Part shown: positions 13,072 through 25,845 of the stretch, piece by piece | How positions within the stretch are numbered: position 1 is the first letter of the stretch | How the letters are laid out: the number at the start of each line of letters is the position of its first letter | NCBI GenBank assembly: GCA_964016885.1 | Contig: OZ024757.1 | Coordinates: 20,398,001-20,462,000 of the forward strand | Reading direction: 5' to 3' | DNA: 64,000 nt | Source: Eledone cirrhosa | Taxonomy: Eukaryota | Made by a program: the position numbers and the translations under genes | The notes under the pieces: model-generated | What the model saw: the letters and a program-made list of their open reading frames with translations, nothing else | Databases searched by the model: none | What the model was told of the DNA's origin: nothing

Positions 13072-13778
13072 TTGTTTCTACTTTTGGCACAAGGCCAGCA
13101 ATTACCCCAGTACATTACTGGTACTTTATTTTATCGACCCTGTAAGTATGAAAGGCAAAGTTAACCTCGGTGGGATTTGAACTCAGAATGGCAAGGGCCA
13201 TAACTCTATGCGTCAAAGCATAGCGTGGTGATAATAATAATAATTGTTTCTACTATTGGCACAAGGCCAGCAATTACCCCAGTACATTACTGGTACTCTA
13301 TTTTATCGACCCCGTAAGAATGAAAGGCAAAGGTAACCTCGGCGGGATTTGAACTCAGAATGGCAAGGGCTGTAACTCTATACGTCAAAGCATGGCGTCC
13401 GACCCTCTACCGATACTGCCAATCCACCACCTAGTGGTGATAATAATAATAATGATTTCTTTATTGGCCACAAGGGCTGACATCAAGAAAAACATTACAG
13501 GCGGCACTGGACGGTACGATGTGGGTTTTGTGCGTGTAAAGATTTTTATTATTTATATAAGAAAAGAAAAAAAAAGACATAGAAACATAATTGTTTCTAC
13601 TTTTGGCACAAGGCCAGCAATTATCCCAGTGTATTACTGGTACTTTACTTTATCGACCCCCGTAAGGATGAAAGGCAAAGTTAACCTCGACAGGATTTGA
13701 ACTCAGACCGTAAAGGGACGTAACTATGCGAGAAAGCATGGTGTCCAACCCTCTACCGATACTGCCAATTCACTACCC
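13072..13778 (-). mobile_element. Cluster of three tRNA-derived SINE-A copies (~190 bp each)
   Basis: Repeated ttgtttctacttttggcacaaggccagcaattaccc...gggatttgaactcag (B box on minus strand) with (AAT)n tails. Confidence 0.85.
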
Positions 13779-13782
13779 TATA

Positions 13783-15110
13783 ATCATCATCATCATCATC
13801 CTTTCATTTTACGTCCACTTTTTCCCTGCTTGCCAGGGTGGGACGGGAACTGATGCTGGCTTGATTTCTACAGCTGGATGCCCTTCCTAACACCAACCTC
13901 ATTTACAGTGAGTGCTGGGTGCTTTTTTGCCGTGGCACCTCCACGTCCACTTTACAGTGAGTGCTGGGTGCTTTTTTGCTGTGGCACCTCCACGTCCACT
14001 TTACAGTGAGTGCTGGGTGCTTTTTTGCTGTGGCACCTCCACGTCCACTTTACAGTGAGTGCTGGGTGCTTTTTTGCCGTGGCACCTCCACGTCCACTTT
14101 ACAGTGAGTGCTGGGTGCTTTTTTGCCGTGGCACCTCCACGTCCACTTTACAGTGAGTGCTGGGTGCTTTTTTGCCGTGGCACCTCCACGTCCACTTTAC
14201 AGTGAGTGCTGGGTGCTTTTTTGCTGTGGCACCTCCACGTCCACTTTACAGTGAGTGCTGGGTGCTTTTTTGCCGTGGCACCTCCACGTCCACTTTACAG
14301 TGAGTGCTGGGTGCTTTTTTGCCGTGGCACCTCCACGTCCACTTTACAGTGAGTGCTGGGTGCTTTTTTGCCGTGGCACCTCCACGTCCACTTTACAGTG
14401 AGTGCTGGGGGCTTTTTTGCCGTGGCACCTCCACGTCCACTTTACAGTGAGTGCTGGGGGCTTTTTTGCCGTGGCACCTCCACGTCCACTTTACAGTGAG
14501 TGCTGGGTGCTTTTTTGCCGTGGCACCTCCACGTCCACTTTACAGTGAGTGCTGGGTGCTTTTTTGCCGTGGCACCTCCACGTCCACTTTACAGTGAGTG
14601 CTGGGGGCTTTTTTGCCGTGGCACCTCCACGTCCACTTTACAGTGAGTGCTGGGTGCTTTTTTGCCGTGGCACCTCCACGTCCACTTTACAGTGAGTGCT
14701 GGGTTCTTTTTTGCCGTGGCACCTCCACGTCCACTTTACAGTGAGTGCTGGGTTCTTTTTTGCCGTGGCACCTCCACGTCCACTTTACAGTGAGTGCTGG
14801 GTTCTTTTTTGCCGTGGCACCTCCACGTCCACTTTACAGTGAGTGCTGGGTGCTTTTTTGCCGTGGCACCTCCACGTCCACTTTACAGTGAGTGCTGGGT
14901 TCTTTTTTGCCGTGGCACCTCCACGTCCACTTTACAGTGGAATGATATGGACCCCAGTCCTATCAACTCATTTCTGCAGCTGAGTAAACTGGAGCAATGT
15001 GAAATAAAGTGTCTTGCTCAAGGAAACAACACATCACCCGGTCCGAGAATTGAACTCACAACCTTTCGATTGCAAGGCCAATGCTCTAACCACTAAGCCA
15101 TGTGCCTCCA
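13783..15110 (-). mobile_element. SINE-B with internal 49-bp unit amplified about 21 times
   Basis: SINE-B head at 14940-15110 and tail at 13783-13900; array at 13902-14938. Confidence 0.9.
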
Positions 15111-15254
15111 GTAATAATTATAATAATAAAATAAAAAAGTAAAAAAGATGTGTACAGCACCACACAAAAGGTAAACTTATATACGTGAAGCCCTATGGGA
15201 GACATTTCCGAAAAATAAAACAACATATGTGTTGACATATAGGTGTATATGTGT

Positions 15255-15283
15255 GTATGTGTATATATATATGTGTGTGTGTG

Positions 15284-15314
<31 letters not shown>

Positions 15315-15318
15315 AGTG

Positions 15319-15349
<31 letters not shown>

Positions 15350-15566
15350 TGAAATAACAGATTAAAGTTTAAGCAAAGAATCACTGCTTTCACCCTTATT
15401 TATCCTTATCGAGCCCTCTTTGGATTTTAGTCTTCAAATTTATTATTATTATTATTATTATTACTACTATATATATATATGCTTATTTAGCTCCCTCCGG
15501 TAGAGCTTAACCTTCACATACCATACATCTTGCTTATATATATATATATATATATGTGTGTATGTG

Positions 15567-15603
<37 letters not shown>

Positions 15604-15840
15604 AGTGTATATATATATATATATATATATTTATTGAAATAACAGATTAAAGTTTAAGCAAAGAATCACTGCTTTCACCCTTATTTATCCTTATCGAGCC
15701 CTCTTTGGATTTTAGTCTTCAAATTTATTATTATTATTATTATTATTACTACTATATATATATATGCTTATTTAGCTCCCTCCGGTAGAGCTTAACCTTC
15801 ACATACCATACATCTTGCTTATATATATATATATATATAT
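15255..15840. repeat. Tandem duplication (~285 bp x2) of a microsatellite plus inverted TE remnant
   Basis: tttattgaaataacagattaaagttt...catcttgcttata occurs twice; the same family occurs at 20612-20905. Confidence 0.85.
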
Positions 15841-16095
15841 ATAAGTATATATATCGACAGTCGAACGACTTTCGTCAAATCGGACCGAGTAAACAATGTT
15901 TCCGTTGGTCTTTCCAATTGCTAATGCTATCTATTGGCCGCAACTCCAGGTAGAAGAGGCAACATGAAATAAAGTGTCTTGCTCAAGGACATAACGCAAC
16001 GCCCAGTCCAGGAATCGATTTCACGACCTCACGATTGCGAAGCCAATTCTCTTACCACTCAGTCACGTGGCTTCACAATATGTATATATATATAT

Positions 16096-16452
16096 TAGCT
16101 GTTGAAATGGCCGGAGCTCTTTTCCTATTACCTACTCTACTATCCTAAGTATCGAGTACTCTGGTGTGTTATTGGTTCATCTGGTTCCTCACCACACTTT
16201 CTTTGTTTTATATATATATATATACATATATACTTATATATATATATATAACGAAGGAAATGTGGTAAGGAACCAGATGGACCATAACGCACCAAAGTAC
16301 TCAATACTTAGGGTAGTAGAGTGGGTAATAGGAACGAGGAGGACCCCGACGGCTGAGCTCAAGCTGTTTTGACGGCTAATTCTGGACTAAAAGTCCAGAA
16401 TTAGCCGTTGAAACGGCTTTAGCTCAGCCGTCGGGGTCCTACTCGTTCCTAT
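16096..16452. mobile_element. Fold-back remnants of a hammerhead-bearing (PLE-like) repeat family
   Basis: About 60-bp-arm palindrome at 16328-16452; relatives at 27797-27979, 34361-34557 and 41790-41890. Confidence 0.65.
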
Positions 16453-16465
16453 ATATATATATATA

Positions 16466-18585
16466 TGAGGGGTGGATAGGGCCTTTGAGTCCAGTAAGAC
16501 AATCTCTCTAGTGCTGGTGGCATGAATAAAAGCACCCAGTCGATGCTGTAAAGTGGAGGGGTAGAGAGGGCCCCTGAGTCCAGTAAGACAACCTCTCTAG
16601 TGCTGGTGGCACGAATATAAGCACCCAGTCCATGCTGTAAAGTGGTACTGGTGTTAAGAATGTATACTAATGCCAAAAACTATGAGCACAACAAATGAGA
16701 ATTGCAGCAACTGCATAAAGAGCAATAACACTAACCATGTCAGGGCTGCGCACGGTAGTGGGTGACTGGTGCGGCCATGTGCAAGAACCCCCGACCGTCA
16801 TCAAGCAATCGCACAACAGGAACAAGAACATGAAGACATTGCATCTCAGAGTTGTCACACTTAATGTTGGCACTCTAACAGGTAGATCTGGTGAGATAGT
16901 GGAGATGCTGGCAAACATCTCAGTTATAAGCTTTTCTGGGTGGGTAATGATGATGGGTTAGGTGGGGGTAGGCATTTTACTGGTTGAGAGATGGATCGAT
17001 AAGACAATAGAAGTAGTTAGAGTCAGTAATAGACTAATTGTAGGCAAAAGACTGCTGACAATCATCGGGCAGGCCTAGGTAAAGAAGAGAAAAACTGCTT
17101 TTACGAGCAACTTTTAGAAACAGCCGCAATGACAGAGGACGGAGACATCGTTATGCTAGCAGGGGACTTCAATGGTCATGTTGGACAGCTCCAGGATGGA
17201 TACATTGGGGTACATGGAGGGCACGGTTATGGTTCAAGAAATGAAGAAGGAGTGAGGCTTCTTGAATTTAGTGATGCAAGTGCACTAACCATTTGCAACA
17301 GTAATTTCAAGAAACCTACCAACCACCTAATAGCCTACAAATCAGGCGAGCACATAAGCCAGATTGACTTCTTGCTAGTTAGGCAGCGAGACAGACAGAT
17401 GGTGTCAAATACTAAGGCATACCCCGGGGAAGAATGTACCCCACAGCATAGGTTAGTCATTAGTGACATCTCAGTAAGCAAGAGACAGAATGAGACATAC
17501 AGGAAGGTGTGGAAAAGAAAGGTCTAGAAGCTAAAAGATCTTTCACTAAAATATAAATTTAGGAAAGCCCTTCAAGATGTGTATGACGAAAAAGAAGACG
17601 ATTTAGAGTCGTATGACATAGATGATAACTGGAATTTTTTACGTGACAACTTACTGCAGGCTACTGAAGAAACTTGTGGCTGGAGCAGAGCTCCAACCAG
17701 ACAGAGAGTAACCTGGTGGTGGAACAGCACGGTAGATAGGGCCATTAGAGACAAAAGACTAGCATGCAAGGCTTGGAAAAATGGTGGGAATAGAGAAGGA
17801 TACACAGTTGCTAAGAGAGAAGCTAGACATCAGGTGCACTTAGCACGCAGGGAGGCTGAGAGTAGGAGGTTTGCCAATGTTCTGCAATGGGAAGATCAGA
17901 GACATGCGGTGTTCCGCATTGCAAGGCAGTGTGTCAGTGCAAATCAGGATGTTGTTGGAGATAAATGCGTCCGGAATGATGCCGGTCTACTTAGTGTCAC
18001 AAATGATCAGAAAAAGGAGGCCTGGAAATGTCATTATGAGAGACTGATGAATGTGGAGAACGACAGAGGGACCAGCTATTGAGACTGATGAATATAGGGT
18101 CCAAGAGGCAATTAAGGAAATGAAAAATGGTAAGGCCGCTGGACCGTTGGGGATAGTTGCTGAGATGCTGAAGGCTTCAGGAGAAGTAGGCACCAAACCG
18201 GTTGCACGCATCATCAATCAAGCTATATATGGTGGCATCATACCCAAAGACTGGTACAGCAGTATTCTCATAAATTGCTACAAAGGTAAAGGGGATGCTC
18301 TGGAGAGGAGCAATTATAGGGGGATAAAGCTGATGGATCAGGTTATGAAAGTGACAGAGAGAATACTAGCGCAAATGATTAGAGAAAGGGTCAAAATAGA
18401 TGAGATGCAGTTTGCTTTTGTGCCTGGGAAAAGTACAACAGATGCCCTCTTCTTAGTGAGACAACTACAAGAGAGGTTCTTAGAGAAGAATAAGCCACTA
18501 TACTTAGCTTTTGTTGATCTAGAGAAGGCCTTTGATGGGGTACCCCAATCTGTCATCTGATGGTCCCTAAGGAAACCAGGTCTAG
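16466..18585 (+). pseudogene. RTE-clade LINE 5' half (APE endonuclease and RT N-terminus), frameshifted, 3' truncated
   Basis: TLNVGTLTGR, GDFNGHVG, SQIDFLL, NYRGIKL and FVDLEKAFD motifs across ORFs 16737, 17129, 17579 and 18051. Confidence 0.9.
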
Positions 18586-19102
18586 AGCACAGGTTCACAA
18601 CCTACTTCGGCCAAACAAAATCACGAAACGCCCCCTCCCCCCACCCCCTATTTTGCCATTTTTCAATATACTACTGATTTTAATATCAGTAGATTACTGG
18701 GCCAAATCAAGCTGCGTTAGAATCTTTAAAACTATTTCAAATTATATATTTTTGAAAGATAGACGTGAATGTTCTCAAAGAAAAAGCTTTTTTTTTTTTT
18801 TAAATTCTATATTTCATTGTTAGCTGTTGCAATATTTTGAGAGGATAGGCAATTCTACAATTCTACAATTCAAACTGTCAAGTCAAAATACAAAAGATGC
18901 AAAATATATATTATATATAAGAATTATGAAGGAAACATAAGATGTAAATAGTGAAATAGTGAATGAGAGAGAGTGTAAAATATATGTAAAATATATAAAT
19001 AGTCTTATCTGATGCAGCAAGGTGACATTATTTGATAGAGAAGATGAGGAGGAATAATATAAATCCTTAGAATCCATTCCAAGTAAAAAATGGTGGCCTG
19101 GA

Positions 19103-19140
19103 TACTTACCTAGAAATAGAAATAGAGAAATACATTAGTA
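19103..19140 (-). promoter_or_regulatory. Candidate recursive splice site (branch point, polypyrimidine tract, AG|GTAAGT)
   Basis: Minus strand reads tactaat gtatttctctatttctatttctag|gtaagtat. Confidence 0.55.
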
Positions 19141-19374
19141 ATCAATAAAATACCGGGATGAGACAGGTAAAAATAAAAATAAAGTATCATAAAAATATCA
19201 TAATAATGGTTTCTGACTTAGGCACAAGGCCAGCAATTTGGGGAGAGGGGAAATTGATTAAATCAGCCACAGTGTGTTACTGGTTATTTTATTAACCCCA
19301 TAAGGATGAAAGACAAAGCTAACCATGGCAGGATTTGAACTCAGAATGTAAAGAAACGTTAGGAATGTAAAGAA

Positions 19375-19406
<32 letters not shown>

Positions 19407-19662
19407 CAAAGGTATTGAGTTAGGAACTCAAAATAGTCTCTTACAACAAAATAGCTCTAAGAAAGAGATATTTCTGAGCCGTATATTATAATAGAATATA
19501 AAAGAAAAACGAACACAGATATATAGATATATGTGTTTCAAATGTCGAGTAAACCTGGCTGCTAATTTTAGTGGTGTGGGTTTGTGAGACTCGCTAGGAT
19601 GCCATGTGGGCTGTTTTATTTTTTATATATAGCATACATAGTTGTGTCTAGGATACTAATTT

Positions 19663-19740
19663 ATCACCCACTGATGAGCTTGGATTAGTATTTCTATTCA
19701 CAATTAATTTTGCGAAACAACAACAAGTTGTCTGGGTGAT
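19663..19740 (+). ncRNA. Type I hammerhead ribozyme
   Basis: atcaccca-CTGATGA-gc...gc-GAA-acaac-aacaa-gttgt-C-tgggtgat: 8-bp stem I, 5-bp stem III, GUC site. Confidence 0.75.
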
Positions 19741-20296
19741 TGGTAGTTACCACAATTCCGGTTTGTATTTATTTTCTTAATTTTTTCTTAAATTGAGACA
19801 AGTGAACCCTATTGTCTATAGTTAGTATTCTTTTCACTTTAGCGAATCAGGTCCCTTACGATTTGAAACACATATATCTATATATCTGTGTTCGCTTTTC
19901 TTTTATATTCTATTATAATATATATATATTTTTCTTTTTACTTCAAAAACCTTGTTTGTAAATAATAATATTCTTTCTTTCCCATTTCCTTAACATGTTC
20001 AACATCACATTATTTTCTCTCCAACATTTTATACCAACACAAATTCCCCCCTTTGATAATGCATGAAATGCTGAAACCGGTAATAGACAATTATTAAATA
20101 TATAAATAAATAAATAAATAAATTCCATTGTTAATTAATAAATAAATTAACTAATACCTTAACACTTCACACAAAGTAAAATATTTTGTTTTAAGCATTT
20201 TCTAACCCAGAAAAAAGAGAAAAAATAATAAAAGGAAAAAAAAAAATTTATCTTTCTAATAATCGTCTTTTTCTCCCTATTTTCATATATACTTAC

Positions 20297-20355
<59 letters not shown>

Positions 20356-20576
20356 TTAAGGTAAACATTGATGCAATTCAAATCAAGCACTCGACGCATT
20401 TTTTCCACATAGAAAAAACGGAGTATATTTAGAATGAGAAAATGCGAAGTACTATCAGATGTTAAAGTCCTTTATTGATAATGCTGTGATACATATTTCA
20501 ATGACAACAGTGGCCACACGATTCCATGTACCCAGTGTCGTGACATCACCAGACAGCTTCTTATACAAGGTTAGGC

Positions 20577-20611
<35 letters not shown>

Positions 20612-20615
<4 letters not shown>

Positions 20616-20704
20616 TATACTTGATATATATTTATTCTTATCGAGCCCTCTTTGGATTTTAGTCTTCAAATTTATTATTATTACTATATATACATATATA
20701 TATA

Positions 20705-20758
<54 letters not shown>

Positions 20759-20905
20759 GTAATAATAATAAATTTGAAGACTAAAATCCAAAGAGGGCTC
20801 GATAAGGAAAAATATATATCAAGTATATAAGAACCCTAGAGCAAACATTTATTAAAATAACAGATTAAAGTTTAAGCAAAGAATCGCTGCTTTCACCCTT
20901 AACAA
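20612..20905. repeat. Inverted repeat (~75-bp arms) around a (TA)n tract; TE remnant
   Basis: cttatcgagccctctttggattttagtcttcaaattt and its reverse complement. Confidence 0.75.
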
Positions 20906-21009
20906 ATGAGAAATGGTATAAACATAAAATATACTTAGCTACCACATCAAGACGTTAAAGGGTTAAGAAAAGAATGGGTGTGCATGTAAAGACGCTGCTT
21001 GAATCTATT

Positions 21010-21321
21010 GGTGCCACGGCAAAAAAGCGGCCAACCCACACTGTAAAGAGGACGTGGAGGTGCCACGGCAAAAAAGCACCCAGCACTCACTGTAAAGTGG
21101 ACATGGAGGTGCCATGGCAAAAAAGCACCCAGCACTCACTGTAAATGAGGTTGGTGTTAGGAAGGGCATCCAGCTGTAGAAATCAAGCCAGAATCAGTTC
21201 CCGTATGAGCAAGACAAGGTCAGCCGACTGGACGCTGCCCGCAACAGGACAACCCGTCTAACCCATGCTAGCATGGAAGAATGGACGTAAAACGGTGATG
21301 ATGATGATAATGATAATATAT

Positions 21322-21369
<48 letters not shown>

Positions 21370-21458
21370 TCATCATATACATATATATATACCGTCTAAC
21401 CCATGCTAGCGTGGAAAATCGATGTTAAACGGTGATGATGATGATAATGATAATATAT

Positions 21459-21510
<52 letters not shown>

Positions 21511-21611
21511 ATATCATCATCATATACATATATATATATACCGTCTAACCCATGCTAGCGTGGAAGAATGGACGTAAAACGGTGATGATGATGATGATAA
21601 TGATAATATAT

Positions 21612-21644
<33 letters not shown>

Positions 21645-21890
21645 CATATACATATATATATATCATCATCATATACATATATATATATACCGTCTAACCC
21701 ATGCTAGTGTGGAAGAATGGACGTAAAACGGTGATGATGAGGATAATGATAATATATACACACACACATATATATATATATACATATACATATATATATA
21801 TCATCATCATATACATATATATACCGTCTAACCCATGCTAGCGTGGAAAATGGACGTTAAACGAAGATGATGATGATGATGATGATATAG
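21010..21890 (+). repeat. RTE/SINE tail followed by about 4 tandem re-duplications of tail plus microsatellite (~150 bp)
   Basis: ccgtctaacccatgctagcgtggaa...gatgat recurs five times. Confidence 0.8.
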
Positions 21891-22086
21891 ACGTTAAATG
21901 TTAATGATGATACATAAACATATATATATATATATAATATATGTAGTAATAATATATGTAGTAATAAACTACATATATTATATATTACTACATATATTAT
22001 TGAAATGCTCAGTATTTACACCTTGAGCTTGTTAATTACAGGTATCAGTATGAGATATTAACTCTGCCTTTTATTTGTAAATATAC

Positions 22087-22126
<40 letters not shown>

Positions 22127-22138
22127 GTATGTATATAC

Positions 22139-22175
<37 letters not shown>

Positions 22176-22259
22176 AGTGGAGAGATGCTGTGCTGAATAG
22201 GACCCGTCCAACCCTTGCAAGCAGGGAAAAGCGGACGTATGATGATGATGATATATACA

Positions 22260-22311
<52 letters not shown>

Positions 22312-22431
22312 TATAGACATAGAATATTCGAAAATATTCTGTATGTTTATAATAAACATTTTGAAGACCTAATCGCTATAGAATAGAATACGTCACGTAT
22401 TACAATTAGATTCTCGATAAAAGCAAGGGAA

Positions 22432-23714
22432 GTAATCTACGCGTTTCATTCTTGTTAGAATTCATCAGGACTACATATCCAGTGCTTTTATCGAGAATGA
22501 CACAGCTAGAGACTTATAGAATACTTAGCTGTGTACAGGAACTGGTTTGAAAGAGCGGTTGCCGGTCCGGCAGAAATTAGAAATTGGAATAAATGCTCTG
22601 AAATAGCGATATATATGTGAATATAGACATAGAATATTCGAAAATATTCTGTATGTTTATAATAAACATTTTGAAGACCTAATCGCTATAGAATAGAATA
22701 CGTCACGTATTACAATTAGATTCTCGATAAAAGCAAGGGAAGTAATCTACGCGTTTCATTCTTGTTAGAATTCATCAGGACTACATATCCAGTGCTTTTA
22801 TCGAGAATGACACAGCTAGAGACTTATAGAATACTTAGCTGTGTACAGGAACTGGTTTGAAAGAGCGGTTGCCGGTCCGGCAGAAATTAGAAATTGGAAT
22901 AAATGCTCTGAAATAGCGATATATATGTGAATATAGACATAGAATATTCGAAAATATTCTGTATGTTTATAATAAACATTTTGAAGACCTAATCGCTATA
23001 GAATAGAATACGTCACGTATTACAATTAGATTCTCGATAAAAGCAAGGGAAGTAATCTACGCGTTTCATTCTTGTTAGAATTCATCAGGACTACATATCC
23101 AGTGCTTTTATCGAGAATGACACAGCTAGAGACTTATAGAATACTTAGCTGTGTACAGGAACTGGTTTGAAAGAGCGGTTGCCGGTCCGGCAGAAATTAG
23201 AAATTGGAATAAATGCTCTGAAATAGCGATATATATGTGAATATAGACATAGAATATTCGAAAATATTCTGTATGTTTATAATAAACATTTTGAAGACCT
23301 AATCGCTATAGAATAGAATACGTCACGTATTACAATTAGATTCTCGATAAAAGCAAGGGAAGTAATCTACGCGTTTCATTCTTGTTAGAATTCATCAGGA
23401 CTACATATCCAGTGCTTTTATCGAGAATGACACAGCTAGAGACTTATAGAATACTTAGCTGTGTACAGGAACTGGTTTGAAAGAGCGGTTGCCGGTCCGG
23501 CAGAAATTAGAAATTGGAATAAATGCTCTGAAATAGCGATATATATGTGAATATAGACATAGAATATTCGAAAATATTCTGTATGTTTATAATAAACATT
23601 TTGAAGACCTAATCGCTATAGAATAGAATACGTCACGTATTACAATTAGATTCTCGATAAAAGCAAGGGAAGTAATCTACGCGTTTCATTCTTGTTAGAA
23701 TTCATCAGGACTAC
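22432..23714 (-). ncRNA. Five type I hammerhead ribozymes (22432-22474, 22742-22784, 23052-23094, 23362-23404, 23672-23714)
   Basis: Minus strand: gtagtc-CTGATGA-attct-aaca-agaat-GAA-ACGCGT-A-gattac. Confidence 0.85.
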
Positions 23715-23841
23715 ATATCCAGTGCTTTTATCGAGAATGACACAGCTAGAGACTTATAGAATACTTAGCTGTGTACAGGAACTGGTTTGAAAGAGCGGTT
23801 GCCGGTCCGGCTGTGTCATTCTCGATAAAAGCACTGGATAT

Positions 23842-24194
23842 GTAGTCCTGATGAATTCTAACAAGAATGAAACGCGTAGATTACTTCCCTTGCTTTTATC
23901 GAGAATCTAATTGTAATACGTGACGTATTCTATTCTATAGCGATTAGGTCTTCAAAATGTTTATTATAAACATACAGAATATTTTCGAATATTCTATGTC
24001 TATATTCACATATATATCGCTATTTCAGAGCATTTATTCCAATTTCTAATTTCTGCCGGACCGGCAACCGCTCTTTCAAACCAGTTCCTGTACACAGCTA
24101 AGTATTCTATAAGTCTCTAGCTGTGTCATTCTCGATAAAAGCACTGGATATGTAGTCCTGATGAATTCTAACAAGAATGAAACGCGTAGATTAC
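23842..24194 (+). ncRNA. Two type I hammerhead ribozymes (23842-23884, 24152-24194)
   Basis: Same motif on +; predicted cleavage after A23878 and A24188. Confidence 0.85.
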
Positions 24195-24352
24195 TTCCCT
24201 TGCTTTTATCGAGAATCTAATTGTAATACGTGACGTATTCTATTCTATAGCGATTAGGTCTTCAAAATGTTTATTATAAACATACAGAATATTTTCGAAT
24301 ATTCTATGTCTATATTCACATATATATCGCTATTTCAGAGCATTTATTCCAA

Positions 24353-24423
24353 TATATATATATATATACATACATATATATCTATACATATATATATATA
24401 CATACATATATATATATATATAC

Positions 24424-24454
<31 letters not shown>

Positions 24455-24488
24455 CATACATATATATATACATACATACATATATATC

Positions 24489-24519
<31 letters not shown>

Positions 24520-25035
24520 CTATACATATATATATATACATACATATATATCTATACATATATATCTATACATATATATATATACATACATATATATCTA
24601 TACATATATATCTATACATATATATATATACATACATATATATCTATACATATATATCTATACATACATATATATCTATACATATATATATACATACATA
24701 TATATCTATACATATATATCTATACATACATATATATCTATACATATATATATATACATACATATATATATATACATACATATATATCTATACATATATA
24801 TATACATACATATATATCTATACATATATATATACATACATACATATATATACATACACATATATACATACACATATACATACATATATATATATATACA
24901 TACACACACATATATATATATATACACGTACATATATATATATACATACATATAAATACATACGTACATATATATATATATATACATACATACATACATA
25001 CACATACATACATACATACACATACATACATACAT
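24353..25035. repeat. (TA)/(TACA)/(TCTA) compound microsatellite
   Basis: Direct inspection. Confidence 0.9.
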
Positions 25036-25496
25036 AGATGGTGTAGGGTCTTATAACTATTTAAAGGGCAACTAAAGTAATGTAGCTGTAGAGTAAAGGG
25101 CTCTATTAAAAAGTAGCATGTTTATTGGGTTAACTTAATGCTATATATACTTAGGGGGGACCTCTGTGATGGCAAAATATAAACATGACTGGTATGATCG
25201 GAGGCAATGAAAATGTAAATAGAGGGAAGCTAAGAGCAGAGCATGTTTGATAATAGTTGTGGGAAACCTAGCTGATTCACTTCAATGTTAAACAAATTTC
25301 AGAAAGTATTATGACAAAAAAATTGTGAGGGCACACTATCTGTTTATCTATGTGTATGAGTAGATGGGCTGGTAGTAAGGGGCTTTTGTCCTTGTTTATG
25401 TTTTAAGGTAAATACCATTTATTTCCACATGGTGACAGAGTTGTTAAAACATAGGATGAAATACCTTGTTGGGTTTCTTTCATTTCCCTGCGTTAT

Positions 25497-25845
25497 GGAG
25501 GCACATGGCTTAGTGGTTAGAGCATTGGCCTCGCAATCGAAAGGTTGTGAGTTCAATTCTCAGACCGGTTGATGTGTTGTTTCCTTGAGCAAGACACTTT
25601 ATTTCACATTGCTCCAGTTTACTCAGCTGTAGAAATGAGATGATAGGGACTGGGGTTCCTATCATTCCACTGCAAAGTGGTCGTGGAGGTGCCACGGCAA
25701 AAAAACCACCCAGCACTCACTGTAAATGAGGTTGGTATTAGGAAGGGCATCCAGCTGTAGAAATCAAGCCAGAATCAGTTCCCGTCCCACCCTTGCAAGC
25801 AGGGAAAAAGCGGACGTAAAATGGTGATGGTGAAGATGATGATGA
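25497..25845 (+). mobile_element. SINE-B
   Basis: Full-length match to 4874-5230. Confidence 0.85.

Larger units (their letters stand above)
22308..24353. mobile_element. Retrozyme/Penelope-pLTR-like array: ~4.85 units of 310 bp plus ~1.75 inverted units
   Basis: 310-bp period (agaatattcg at 22321, 22631, 22941, 23251, 23561), inversion at 23810/23811, one hammerhead per unit, (TA)n on both flanks. Confidence 0.85.

Noticed and set aside
11903-14938. CRISPR-like regular repeats
   Set aside because: No unique spacers, no cas genes, eukaryotic context
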